32,000 nt of DNA from Candidatus Nanosynbacter lyticus (lineage in GTDB: Bacteria > Patescibacteriota > Saccharimonadia > Saccharimonadales > Saccharimonadaceae): contig NZ_CP007496.1 of NCBI RefSeq assembly GCF_000803625.1, forward strand, positions 390,001-422,000. The letters run 5' to 3'. Position numbers and translations under genes: made by a program. Every line of letters starts with the position of its first letter. Position 1 is the stretch's first letter. The notes beneath the pieces are model-generated. The model did not search any database, was not told the DNA's origin, and saw only the letters and a program-made list of their open reading frames with translations. Shown piece after piece: positions 15,102 to 24,936 of this stretch.

Positions 15102-15623
15102 ATGGAATCTTTTTACGTTACGTCAACTCATCTTGACATAGATATGGTGACCAAACCTCATCCTTCTGGATTGGTTATATTCTCACGAGAATTATCTACA
15201 AACAGAGATCTATCTGGGCACATAATAATATCTCCCGAGAACCATCATACAGATATATATTGTGATTACCTTGAAAGAAATGAAGCTTTATTAGCGGAGC
15301 GTGAACATTGGGGAGTAAAAATTCGACAGGACAAGATTGTAAATTACTTCGCCCGAACAGAACCTGCTTACGGAATATACATACCTCAGCTAGACGATAT
15401 GCCGGACCATCCCGAGCTACTAATAGCTTGTACGAAGAATAGAAAAGCGAAGAGATTAGCCCGCCAAGAATTAAAAATAAATCCGACGCAAGTTAAATTG
15501 GCAACACAAGCCATCAGTATAGTAATGGCTGATTCAGATATTTTGCATAGAGCCGACGGCAAAACTCGACTGATAAATTTTCCAAAAGACCAACTTGACA
15601 AGCAGCAAGTTGCAGTATATTAA
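15102..15623 (+). CDS. hypothetical protein (173 aa), AT-rich orphan next to tRNA-Val
   Basis: An open frame only. I see no recognisable motifs and no clear SD. An alternative start lies at 15144. Confidence 0.45.
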   Translation: MESFYVTSTHLDIDMVTKPHPSGLVIFSRELSTNRDLSGHIIISPENHHTDIYCDYLERNEALLAEREHWGVKIRQDKIVNYFARTEPAYGIYIPQLDDMPDHPELLIACTKNRKAKRLARQELKINPTQVKLATQAISIVMADSDILHRADGKTRLINFPKDQLDKQQVAVY

Positions 15624-15721
15624 AGTATTAAACACAACTTCCACTCTTTTTATTTTCCCCTATTCATGATAAAATTCTATATTAAGAGGAAGGTCTGCTA
15701 CTAACATCAGACCATATTTTT

Positions 15722-17545
15722 ATGAAGGACGCTAGCAAGATTCGAAACATTGCCATTATTGCCCACGTCGACCACGGCAAAACGACCATGGTTGACGGGC
15801 TATTAAAGCAGTCGCGAACATTCCGCGACAACCAAGCCGAGATGAGCCAGGAATTGATTATGGATTCCGGCGATCAAGAGCACGAGCGCGGCATCACCAT
15901 TACCGCCAAACAAACGTCAATTTTTTACGGCGACTACAAAATAAACATCATTGATACGCCAGGACACGCCGATTTCTCTGGCGAAGTTGAGCGAACCCTG
16001 AATATGGCTGACGGCGTTCTGCTGATCGTGGACGCACAGGAAGGGCCGATGCCGCAGACGAAGTTCGTGTTGAGTAAGGCTTTGGAATTGGGGCTAAAAC
16101 CAGTGGTGGTGATCAATAAGATTGACAAGCCAGCCAGGCGAATTGCCGAAGTCGAGGATGAACTAAGCGATCTGTTTTTGGAGTTAGCGACTGATGATAG
16201 TCAGCTGCATTATCCGATTTATTATGCTATCGGGCGCGATGGTAAAGCGTGGCGGGAAATTCCTACCGACCCGAGCAACAACGCTGATCTCACGCCAATT
16301 TTTGAGGCGATTATCAATGATATCCCGGCACCGAGCGTCACGGCTGACGGCGGGTTTCAGATGTTGGTAACCAGTTTGCAGTACGACACCTTTCAGGGTA
16401 AATATGCCATTGGGCGGATCGCTCGCGGGTCGGTTAAGCGCGGTCTGGCGGTTAGCCTGATGAAACAGGGCGAAGTGTCAGGTTCAGCGCGAATTGAGAA
16501 AGTTTTTGGTTACCGCGGACTGAACCGCGAAGAGCTTGACGAGGCGTTTGCTGGCGACATTGTGGCGTTGGTCGGCGTCAGTGAAGCACACATTGGCGAT
16601 ACGATTGCCGACAAAGAACAGCCTGAAGCCCTGCCGGCGATTGCCATTGAAGCGCCGACATTGAGCATGTATCTCGGCCCAAATACCAGCCCGATGAAAG
16701 GGCGCGAGGGTGAATTTACCACCTCGCGGCAAATTGGCGACCGATTGCGGCGAGAGCTGGAGACCAACGTGGCTCTGCGCGTCGAAGAAAACGGCATCGG
16801 CTTTACGGTGTCTGGCCGCGGCGAACTGCACCTCAGCGTCTTGATCGAGACCATGCGGCGTGAAGGCTTTGAATTTGAAGTCGGCCGCCCGCAAGTGGTC
16901 ACCATCACCGAGGACGGCGTCGAAAAAGAGCCAATTGAAGAATTACAAATCGAAATTAGCAGCGAATTCATCGGCGCGATCAGCCAAGAATTGGGTGCGC
17001 GCCATGCTGAAATGAAGTCGCAAGAAACCACCGCCAGCGGCGCTACTCGCATCACCTACGTGCTGCCGACGAGAGCGTTGATCGGCCTGCGAAACGTACT
17101 GTTGACCGCCACCAAAGGCACGGTGATCATGAATTCCCTGCCGTGCGGCTATCAACCGCTGGGCGGCAAATTGCCAAAGACCCGCGGCGGCGTACTCATC
17201 GCTTTTGAAGCCGGCACGACAACGCCGTATGCTCTGCAGGCGGCCGAGGCACGCGGCGAACTCTTGGTCGGGCCTGGCACGGAAGTCTACGCCGGTATGA
17301 TCGTCGGTATTTATAATCGCCAAGAAGACATCGAAATTAACGTCTGTAAGGCTAAGCACCTGACCAACATGCGCTCCAAATCGTCCGATGGCACGGTGCA
17401 GCTAACGCCATTTACACAGTTCAGCCTAGAGCAATGTATCGACTTTATCGAGGATGACGAGCTTTTGGAAGTTACGCCAAAGTCATTACGACTTCGCAAG
17501 CGATATCTGGACGCAAACGAGCGAAAACGCGCTGCGAAACAATAG
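15722..17545 (+). CDS. typA: translational GTPase TypA/BipA
   Basis: 607 aa. [24 protein letters not shown] and NKID G-motifs, with overall EF-G-like domain order. Confidence 0.95.
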   Translation: MKDASKIRNIAIIAHVDHGKTTMVDGLLKQSRTFRDNQAEMSQELIMDSGDQEHERGITITAKQTSIFYGDYKINIIDTPGHADFSGEVERTLNMADGVLLIVDAQEGPMPQTKFVLSKALELGLKPVVVINKIDKPARRIAEVEDELSDLFLELATDDSQLHYPIYYAIGRDGKAWREIPTDPSNNADLTPIFEAIINDIPAPSVTADGGFQMLVTSLQYDTFQGKYAIGRIARGSVKRGLAVSLMKQGEVSGSARIEKVFGYRGLNREELDEAFAGDIVALVGVSEAHIGDTIADKEQPEALPAIAIEAPTLSMYLGPNTSPMKGREGEFTTSRQIGDRLRRELETNVALRVEENGIGFTVSGRGELHLSVLIETMRREGFEFEVGRPQVVTITEDGVEKEPIEELQIEISSEFIGAISQELGARHAEMKSQETTASGATRITYVLPTRALIGLRNVLLTATKGTVIMNSLPCGYQPLGGKLPKTRGGVLIAFEAGTTTPYALQAAEARGELLVGPGTEVYAGMIVGIYNRQEDIEINVCKAKHLTNMRSKSSDGTVQLTPFTQFSLEQCIDFIEDDELLEVTPKSLRLRKRYLDANERKRAAKQ

Positions 17546-17561
17546 TCGTGTAAACCACAAA

Positions 17562-17593
17562 ATAACCGCCCCGTAATGGAGCGGCTATTTTTA
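17562..17593. terminator. terminator hairpin between convergent genes
   Basis: ATAACCGC-CCCGTAATGGA-GCGGCTAT followed by TTTTT. The stem has one mismatch. Confidence 0.5.
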
Positions 17594-17607
17594 TAATTGT
17601 GAGCTAA

Positions 17608-18177
17608 TTAATTGACAAGTGTTTCTTTAACCCTACGTGACACAAAGAAGTATAGAATAACCAGACCTTCCAGTATCAACATAGTAATGATTCCCGCAAT
17701 TAGCGTTGGAGTATCCTCGCCCGATTTCCCAGATGCGTGTAAGGCAATCATACTTGCGGTGTTGTTTATCCCAGCCGTAATAAGCGTAGCTACCGCCAAC
17801 CACTTACCAAGACGCTTTTGCATAGCTATAAACACAACAGCACAGATCGACAAAACTGCTAGTATCGGTGAGAATATCAAAGAAATAATATTCTCAGGCT
17901 GACTAAGATTCATTATAGCATTGAAAAACATTCCTATATTACCAATGCCACCAATAACAAAACAAACCACAAAGAACATTAGCCATCCCTTAACGCCCTT
18001 TAGCGATTCTGCCATAACAACATATTGCACTGGAGCTGCTTGTGGCTGAGCAAAATATTGCTGGTTAACTGGTTGCTGCTCGTACGGGGTGTTTTGAGAT
18101 TGTGGCACTGGGCCATATTGTGCATTTGGATCTGGCTGTGGCGCATACTGTGGCTGCTGAGGTTCTTGTTTTGGCAT
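17608..18177 (-). CDS. membrane protein with P/Q/Y-rich N-terminal region and ~4 TM helices
   Basis: 189 aa. The first ~55 residues are PQ-rich and low-complexity. Hydrophobic segments follow. Confidence 0.7.
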   Translation of the reverse strand: MPKQEPQQPQYAPQPDPNAQYGPVPQSQNTPYEQQPVNQQYFAQPQAAPVQYVVMAESLKGVKGWLMFFVVCFVIGGIGNIGMFFNAIMNLSQPENIISLIFSPILAVLSICAVVFIAMQKRLGKWLAVATLITAGINNTASMIALHASGKSGEDTPTLIAGIITMLILEGLVILYFFVSRRVKETLVN

Positions 18178-18214
18178 ATTATTTTCTCCTATTAAAGAAA
18201 TATTAATACGCTAA

Positions 18215-19381
18215 TTATAACACATCCTTAATTTCTTCCGGTAAAAATCCTTTTTTATGTTTAAAACCAGCTTGCCATTTGTAGTCTTTGGTATAGCCTA
18301 GATCTTTCATCAGGTTGGTGGCAGCGTTGCGAAGATGGAGCGGTACGGGTGAATTGGGATATTTGCGCGCCAGAGAAAAGGCATCGTTCATCGCATCAGT
18401 GGTCTCACGCGACTTTTGACTGCGAGCCAGAGCGATAGCACAGTGAAATAGATTGTATTTGGCCTCAGGCAGGCCAACGCGCTCAACTGCCTCAAACGTA
18501 GCGACCGCTAGGCTCAGCGCACCATTGCCAGCCAACCCAATGTCTTCTGACGCAAAGATCACCATCCGCCGTGCGATGAACTTCGGGTCTTCGCCAGCGT
18601 CAATCATCCGCGCCAAATAATACGCCGCAGCCACCGAATCACTACCGCGCAGCGACTTGATGAACGCTGAGATGACGTCATAATGTGTATCGCCTTTTTT
18701 GTCATAGCCCGGCAAACGCCGCTGGGCCGCTGCTTTGACGACCTCCGGCGTGACTTTGCCGCCAAAACTCAGTGCCAATTCCAAATTACCCAAGGCCACC
18801 CGCGCGTCACCGTCCGCTAATTCCGCTAAATAATCCAGGACTTTGGGCGGCACTCGCTTGGTTTGTTTCAAAACCTTCAATGCCCGCTTCAACACTAGTA
18901 CAATTTCATCTTTGGTCAGTTGCTGCAGCACCAGCACTCGCGCCCGACTGAGCAGTGGCGTGATCACCTCAAAACTCGGATTCTCGGTGGTCGCACCAAT
19001 CAAGGTGATCAGCCCACTCTCAACATACGGTAAAAAGGCGTCCTGCTGCGCCTTATTAAAGCGGTGGATTTCATCAACGAACAGAATCGTCCTGAGGTTA
19101 AAGTTCCAATTTTGCCTGGCGTGTTCAATCACCTTTTCGACATCTTTTTTACCACTAGTCACCGCCGACAGCTCGACGAACTCTGCATTAACCTCACGAG
19201 CGATAATTCGCGCCAACGTCGTCTTACCCGTGCCTGGCGGCCCCCACAAAATCAAGCTGACCGGCTCAGCGCGCCTCACAATCTGACGGAGCAATTCACC
19301 CTCACCCAACAGATGGCTCTGCCCAATCACCTCGTCCAGATTTTGCGGCCGCATCTGCTCGGCCAACGGTATTCGTCCCAT
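18215..19381 (-). CDS. rarA: replication-associated recombination protein A (AAA+ ATPase RarA/MgsA)
   Basis: 388 aa. Walker A GPPGTGKTT, Walker B LFVDEIHRFNK.QQD, and a C-terminal MgsA-type helical domain (YD.ISAF.KS.RGSD..AA.YYLARM). Confidence 0.9.
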   Translation of the reverse strand: MGRIPLAEQMRPQNLDEVIGQSHLLGEGELLRQIVRRAEPVSLILWGPPGTGKTTLARIIAREVNAEFVELSAVTSGKKDVEKVIEHARQNWNFNLRTILFVDEIHRFNKAQQDAFLPYVESGLITLIGATTENPSFEVITPLLSRARVLVLQQLTKDEIVLVLKRALKVLKQTKRVPPKVLDYLAELADGDARVALGNLELALSFGGKVTPEVVKAAAQRRLPGYDKKGDTHYDVISAFIKSLRGSDSVAAAYYLARMIDAGEDPKFIARRMVIFASEDIGLAGNGALSLAVATFEAVERVGLPEAKYNLFHCAIALARSQKSRETTDAMNDAFSLARKYPNSPVPLHLRNAATNLMKDLGYTKDYKWQAGFKHKKGFLPEEIKDVL

Positions 19382-19470
19382 GCTCTTATTATACGAATAA
19401 ATTTAGTTACTCATCAAGTCGCAACTGCGCAGAATATGCTAGAATAACATTATATAAACAGGAGGAATTT

Positions 19471-20214
19471 ATGGAAATATCAATAGCAATTTTAGTCATC
19501 TTGACTATTTTTGTACTGAGCGGCATTAAAATCGTCAATCAATACCAGCGCGGCGTGGTGCTGACGCTCGGTAAGTTTACTGGCGTACGCGAACCAGGAC
19601 TTCGAGTGGTCGTACCAATTTTCCAAACGATGATGCTGGTCGACGTGCGTTCGACACCGATTGACGTACCGAAACAAGAAGTTATCACCAAGGACAATGT
19701 CACCGTCGGCGTTGACGCGGTGGTATATTTCCGAGTGATTAACGCGCCAAAGGCGGTGCTTGAGACGACCAATTATATTTATGCCACCAGCCAATTTGCC
19801 CAGGCGGCTTTGCGAGATGTCACTGGTAATGTCGACATGGACGACCTGCTCGCCAAGCGTGAAGAGATTTCGCAGCAGATCAAGGAAATTGTCGATGCCG
19901 AAACTGACAAATGGGGTATTGACGTTGAGAATGTCAAAATCCAGAACATTGAACTGCCTGGTGACATGAAGCGAGCCATGGCCAAGCAAGCCGAAGCTGA
20001 GCGTGAACGCCGTGCCAATATTATCAACGCCGATGGCGAAAAAGCTGCCGCCGAAACGCTGGCACAAGCGGCGGAGATCCTGGCAAAAACCCAAGGCGCC
20101 ATTAATCTGCGTACACTGAACACACTGGAGCGAATCTCGACCGAGCCAAGTCAAAAGACTATGATGCTCTTCCCAATTGAACTGATCGATGCTATTCGGG
20201 GCGGCAAGAAATAA
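19471..20214 (+). CDS. SPFH/band-7 (stomatin/prohibitin-like) membrane protein
   Basis: 247 aa. An N-terminal TM segment, then V.QYQRGVV..LGKF.....PGL....P and an A/E-rich coiled region. AGGAGGA RBS upstream. Confidence 0.9.
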   Translation: MEISIAILVILTIFVLSGIKIVNQYQRGVVLTLGKFTGVREPGLRVVVPIFQTMMLVDVRSTPIDVPKQEVITKDNVTVGVDAVVYFRVINAPKAVLETTNYIYATSQFAQAALRDVTGNVDMDDLLAKREEISQQIKEIVDAETDKWGIDVENVKIQNIELPGDMKRAMAKQAEAERERRANIINADGEKAAAETLAQAAEILAKTQGAINLRTLNTLERISTEPSQKTMMLFPIELIDAIRGGKK

Positions 20215-20231
20215 TAACGAGCCATAAAAAT

Positions 20232-20263
20232 AAGCACTCCGTAAACTGGCGGGGTGCTTTTAT
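20232..20263 (+). terminator. intrinsic terminator after the SPFH gene
   Basis: AAGCACTCCG-TAAACTGG-CGGGGTGCTT followed by TTTA. The stem is 10 bp with one G-U pair. Confidence 0.55.
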
Positions 20264-20269
20264 AATTTC

Positions 20270-20344
20270 TGGTGCGGGTGGGGAGAGTCGAACTCCCGTC
20301 TCAACCTTGGGAAGGTCACATAATAGCCGTTATACGACACCCGC
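20270..20344 (-). tRNA. tRNA-Gly(CCC), CCA encoded
   Basis: Acceptor GCGGGTG/CACCCGC, anticodon arm TGACC-TTCCCAA-GGTTG, T arm GGGAG-TTCGACT-CTCCC. Confidence 0.85.
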
Positions 20345-20416
20345 GTGTTCTCATTTTATCACGCTTGCACAGTGCGGGCAATCTGTAGTATAATTGGCGG
20401 TAGCAATCACCCATGT

Positions 20417-20492
20417 GGCTCTTTAGCTCAGTTGGTAGAGCAGAGGCCTGAAGAGCCTTGTGTCCCCAGTTCAAGTCTGGGAGGAGCCACCA
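20417..20492 (+). tRNA. tRNA-Phe(GAA), CCA encoded
   Basis: GGCTCTT TA GCTC AGTTGGTA GAGC A GAGGC CTGAAGA GCCTT GTGTC CCCAG TTCAAGT CTGGG AGGAGCC ACCA. Confidence 0.9.
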
Positions 20493-20542
20493 AGTATTGC
20501 AATCATCCAGCGATTTTGCTAAAATAATCTCTGGAACCGCAT

Positions 20543-20618
20543 GCGGGTTTAGCTCAGTTGTTAGAGCGCTTCCTTGCCATGGAAGAGGCCAGGAGTTAGA
20601 GTCTCCTAACCCGCACCA
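20543..20618 (+). tRNA. tRNA-Gly(GCC), CCA encoded, with non-canonical D-loop and T-loop
   Basis: GCGGGTT TA GCTC AGTTGTTA GAGC G CTTCC TTGCCAT GGAAG AGGCC AGGAG TTAGAGT CTCCT AACCCGC ACCA. Confidence 0.85.
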
Positions 20619-20725
20619 ATTTTGAATATCGAGCTTTTAGGCTCGGTTTTTTAATAATATTCTAATAAATCAGCTCGTGGTCCAGTTATTTATTTGGCGG
20701 ATAATTATTTATTAGCCTTCGGAAA

Positions 20726-22819
20726 TCAGGTTTTCTTACCGTAAAACTTTAGAGCTTTATCCATACGCCTTGAGTGCATCCATGGATCATCATCAAACAT
20801 TACATACTGTATATTACCTGAATTATCCGCACCCAATGCTAACCAGTATCCAGCCCTAGCCCTATACTTATTCATAGTAGCTATTATTTGCAATCTAGGA
20901 ATAACGTCTCGCCCTGAGCTACCGCTCATATAAGTTACACCTCCCCAGGGCTGCTCATTATTTGTGATCTGCAATGAAAAATCGTGTAATTTACCCTTAT
21001 CCTTCTTGGCTTGAGAGTTAACCATATTTATATATTTCATTATATCGTCTACAATCTCCTGGGGTATCGTCATCAGAAAGAAAACAATATCAGTTACTGA
21101 AGGATCATCCATCTGTTTGATGGTGTTGACCAGTTTCTTGAAGTCCTTGTTCTGCCAAGGATTAAATAAAGCATCTTCCTTTTTAGGTTTTGGTGTACAC
21201 ATCTTCTTGTGATAGTAGTCTGCATCGATAAGTTGACCAAAAGATTGGTCTAATACAAGCATGTCAGAGTTTCCAGGCATAAATAGTCCGCATCTCAGAT
21301 GATATGCAAGATGGATGATCTCATTTGATGATATTATACCTTCATGATTTTCAAGACGTTGTTTAATATAAAAAGTAAACTCATATGGGTCTTTGAAATA
21401 TTCAGCCATTAAGTCGAGATCAAACAGGCTTAGCTGCATTGGTGGTAATTGATCAACATCCACCAAAAATACACGCATCTGATCCATTACTGCTGGATAC
21501 GGCTCATTTGATACACACAATATATACGCGTGCTTTATGTTTTCTGGTGGCGTAATTTGCTTACCTGATTTATCAATTAACTTGTAAGACTCATTACCCA
21601 GAAGCACATCACGGACTTTTATACCTTGCTCATATGGGTCGATAACTGCCTTCTGAAAATCGGATTTAATAGCATCAACATCACCGTTGAGTGCGGCAGC
21701 TGTCATTTTTTTGCTTTTATTCTGGGCGATGATGACTGTATTGCCGATAATTCCCATAACATCAATATCGGTCAATTCTTTCTTTCCTTTAGTAATCTTT
21801 ACAGCTTTATATGTATTTGCCTCACCAAAAATAACTTTGAAATAATCATAGGTTATGTCTTCGGCCACTTCTCCAATATGTTTATTAACAGTATTGGCAT
21901 ACTGCTCATCCTGACGCATCCAGTACAAAGGACTTTTATATATAGCCGATGCTAGTGCCATCGTGTTCGGGAAAAAGTAGATGTCGCTGCCTAGGTTAAT
22001 AATCGGCTTGTAGGTGAATATATTTTCATCACCAGGCTCGTTGAAGGTCTCCGGCTGGTCGCCAAACGAACAACTAAATAGTTCAAGAAACGCCCGAATA
22101 TCTTCTTTTGTAATACTTTTTTCTGTAGTCTGTATGGTCTCAACAATAAGATCAAAAGGAAATGCCATTTCATCTATCGCACGTAATGACTTTACTTTTT
22201 CACCAGTAAGCGTTGAGCGGGCAAAATGCACACCATTGAGCATACTCTTCAGGGCAAAGAATATACTTTTTGACTTTACAATATTAAACTTCGTATTGCT
22301 CTTAATCCAATCTTCGTCCCGAGCGTATAGCTTTTGTGCCATCTCAAATGGCTGTACGTCGTAAAAACCCGTATCACCATAAAAAGTGGTTTCTATAATC
22401 ATTTCTTTACTACCAAAGATTTTTCGAAATTCTTTCTCTTTCTCTTCATCGCTCATAGTTTTAATTTGTTCTGGCGTATGTTTCATCATAGCTTTGCTAA
22501 AATCATACATATAGGTACAATGAAGCTCATCTAGCAGTGATCTGGTACGCTTGACCGTCTTCTCGATTTGATGTTTACTAATATTATCGAAACTAACAGC
22601 CTTATTTTTGAGCATTAGCCCCATAAGAAGAGCCACCTCGTTGACGTGTAGTTTCTCCCGCCAGTTCACATTGGCTGCATCATGTATGTCTATAAAGAAA
22701 TCTCGTGAAATAATTTCCGCAAAAGCAAATATATAGCCTTTCATTGCTACGAGCAACTTAATGTCGGATATAATTTTTTCTCGTGAACGTTTTCCTAATA
22801 CCTTTTTACTGTTTTTCAT
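20726..22819 (-). CDS. large hypothetical protein (697 aa) with central NERD/PD-(D/E)xK-like nuclease core
   Basis: Residues ~310-372 read HIGEVAEDITYDYFKVIFG....YKAVKI..GKKELTDIDVMGIIGNTVIIAQNKSKK. This follows the GE...D.D...(E/Q)xK layout of NERD/restriction-endonuclease-fold domains. I do not recognise the rest of the protein. The gene is markedly AT-rich. Confidence 0.7.
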   Translation of the reverse strand: MKNSKKVLGKRSREKIISDIKLLVAMKGYIFAFAEIISRDFFIDIHDAANVNWREKLHVNEVALLMGLMLKNKAVSFDNISKHQIEKTVKRTRSLLDELHCTYMYDFSKAMMKHTPEQIKTMSDEEKEKEFRKIFGSKEMIIETTFYGDTGFYDVQPFEMAQKLYARDEDWIKSNTKFNIVKSKSIFFALKSMLNGVHFARSTLTGEKVKSLRAIDEMAFPFDLIVETIQTTEKSITKEDIRAFLELFSCSFGDQPETFNEPGDENIFTYKPIINLGSDIYFFPNTMALASAIYKSPLYWMRQDEQYANTVNKHIGEVAEDITYDYFKVIFGEANTYKAVKITKGKKELTDIDVMGIIGNTVIIAQNKSKKMTAAALNGDVDAIKSDFQKAVIDPYEQGIKVRDVLLGNESYKLIDKSGKQITPPENIKHAYILCVSNEPYPAVMDQMRVFLVDVDQLPPMQLSLFDLDLMAEYFKDPYEFTFYIKQRLENHEGIISSNEIIHLAYHLRCGLFMPGNSDMLVLDQSFGQLIDADYYHKKMCTPKPKKEDALFNPWQNKDFKKLVNTIKQMDDPSVTDIVFFLMTIPQEIVDDIMKYINMVNSQAKKDKGKLHDFSLQITNNEQPWGGVTYMSGSSGRDVIPRLQIIATMNKYRARAGYWLALGADNSGNIQYVMFDDDPWMHSRRMDKALKFYGKKT

Positions 22820-22981
22820 AAGCTTATTATACTCACAAGAATTATCTACGCAATAATATGAAATATATATAGTGAAGATAGAGTGACTTTATTAATCGTA
22901 AAGCAGTCTTATATACGCACCTTAGTTTCCGTGCCGAGTCTTGGCCTAGAAAAAATACACTAACTCGCCTATACTTATCTC

Positions 22982-24565
22982 ATGAAAACCTGGCAAAATG
23001 TCGCTTCGCTATACCAAATTTATCCGCGCAGTTTTCAAGACCTTAATGGCGACGGAGTTGGTGATTTAAATGGCATCACTTTCCGGTTGGATTATCTGAG
23101 TGATTTGGGTGTTGATGCGATCTGGATTTCGCCGTTTTTTACCTCACCGATGACTGATTTTGGATATGACGTGGCGGATTATCAAAATGTTGATCCAATT
23201 TTTGGCGGTTTAGATGATTTTCGTATGTTGCTGGACGAAGCGCACGCACGACGTATCAAGGTGATGATTGACCTGGTGCCATGCCATACGTCCGACCAAC
23301 ATCCGTGGTTTGTTGAGTCGCGTTCTAGTCGAGACAACCCCAAGCGCAATTGGTATGTGTGGCGCGATAAGCACAATGGCAAGGAGCCGAACAATTGGCG
23401 CAGCTTGTCCGGGGGGCGAGCGTGGACGTATGATGAGACTACTAGACAATATTATTTGCATTCGTTTTTACCAACCCAGCCTGATCTCAATTGGGATAAT
23501 CCTGAAGTGCGCCAAGCTATGCAAAATGTGGTGCGATTTTGGTTTGATATGGGCGTGGACGGCATGCGGGTTGACGCGATTTGGGGCATTTCTAAAGATC
23601 CAGAGCTAGGTGACGATTCAGTAAATTCCAATTTTTATGGCGACCCCGACAGCTACGGCGCATTCGTACATGACCATTGTAAACATGGGCCACATTTTCG
23701 GGAATATCTACATGAGTTGGCCAGTGTTTGTGATGAATATGACGACCGACAGATGGTGTTTGAGTTTTATCCGGACGAACAATTGGGTGATATTTGGCCG
23801 CAGTATCGTGAAGTTATTCAGGCGCATCCAAAAAGTTCGACATTTTTCATGGAACATCGGCAAAATGATTGGCATGGCGAGCGTACGGGCTGGAATATTG
23901 TCAATTATTTGCAAGCCTGTGGCGATAACTTGCCGTTTTTCTGTGTTGGTAATCACGATCAGCCGCGCGTTAGGTCACGCTTAGGCTTTGAACGGGCGCG
24001 AGCGTTGCAGTTTCTCAATCTGCTTTGCCCTGGCGTGAGTGTTATTTACTATGGTGACGAGATTGGCATGGAAAATGGTCAGCTGACTGATGCGGATATT
24101 CGTGATAATTTTAGCCCAAATCATACCCCAGTTGATAGCCGCGACTTGGAGCGCACGCCAATGCAATGGGATGATACTCGGTTCGCTGGGTTCTCAGAAG
24201 TAAAACCGTGGCTACCAGTGAATAAAAATCGCACATTTATTAACGTCACTGAAGAGAAAAAGAATGTCTATTCTATACTTAATTTACATAGAAATTTACT
24301 GCAGCTACGCAAAGATATGCCCATTTTTAGAGACGGTTCTCTAGAAATTATTCATAGCACCGGTAATGGATTTATCCTTGGTATAAAACGCGAGCTGGAA
24401 ACTGAGCGGGCTTATATCTTCATCAATTTCGCTGACGCACCGCAGAGTTTTTTCATTCCAGAAGACGCCGAAATCATCGCCTCAACCCATTCTCTAGATT
24501 TAATTTTCAAAGAAAAAAGCAACTTAACCATTCCTGGATATTGCGGAATTTTACTTATTAAATAA
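22982..24565 (+). CDS. GH13 alpha-glucosidase (oligo-1,6-glucosidase / trehalose-6-P hydrolase-like)
   Basis: 527 aa. YQIYPRSF.D.NGDG.GDL.GI...LDYL..LGV.A.W.SP, DLV.CHTS, GMRVDA and the GNHDQPR regions of the alpha-amylase family. Confidence 0.9.
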   Translation: MKTWQNVASLYQIYPRSFQDLNGDGVGDLNGITFRLDYLSDLGVDAIWISPFFTSPMTDFGYDVADYQNVDPIFGGLDDFRMLLDEAHARRIKVMIDLVPCHTSDQHPWFVESRSSRDNPKRNWYVWRDKHNGKEPNNWRSLSGGRAWTYDETTRQYYLHSFLPTQPDLNWDNPEVRQAMQNVVRFWFDMGVDGMRVDAIWGISKDPELGDDSVNSNFYGDPDSYGAFVHDHCKHGPHFREYLHELASVCDEYDDRQMVFEFYPDEQLGDIWPQYREVIQAHPKSSTFFMEHRQNDWHGERTGWNIVNYLQACGDNLPFFCVGNHDQPRVRSRLGFERARALQFLNLLCPGVSVIYYGDEIGMENGQLTDADIRDNFSPNHTPVDSRDLERTPMQWDDTRFAGFSEVKPWLPVNKNRTFINVTEEKKNVYSILNLHRNLLQLRKDMPIFRDGSLEIIHSTGNGFILGIKRELETERAYIFINFADAPQSFFIPEDAEIIASTHSLDLIFKEKSNLTIPGYCGILLIK

Positions 24566-24936
24566 GTAAATCTCTATGACATCCGCTAGAATAGCTCTCC
24601 CGTTTCTGGATTTATCTCTTCAAGAGGATAAACCCCTGCTGCTTCCATGGCTATACCGGCAAGATTTTCTCTAAGCTCCTGTGCCGCTAAAAATCTTCTA
24701 AATCTAGATAACAGTTTTCTTCAGCATCACCGTAGACTCTGCAGCCTGGATCATAATCAACATACGACATATAGCTATTAGCACCTCTCTCTTTTTTATC
24801 TGTCTACGTTCTATTATACGGCAACTCTAAATATAGCGGTAGGGTTAATATAACAACACTATCAATCTAACAACTTATAGGGCTTTTACATTTAAAAATC
24901 CCGACATATCGCCGAGAAAATAAATATAATTAAGGA

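Noticed and set aside
16484-17359. Three long antisense ORFs (136, 181 and 138 aa) inside typA
   Set aside because: They lie entirely within a very well-supported, GC-rich conserved gene. Their translations are R/A/S-rich low-complexity, which is typical of shadow frames. I see no RBS or promoter signals.
20345-20527. 60-aa ORF covering tRNA-Phe
   Set aside because: It is fully explained by the tRNA-Phe(GAA) gene and its promoter region.
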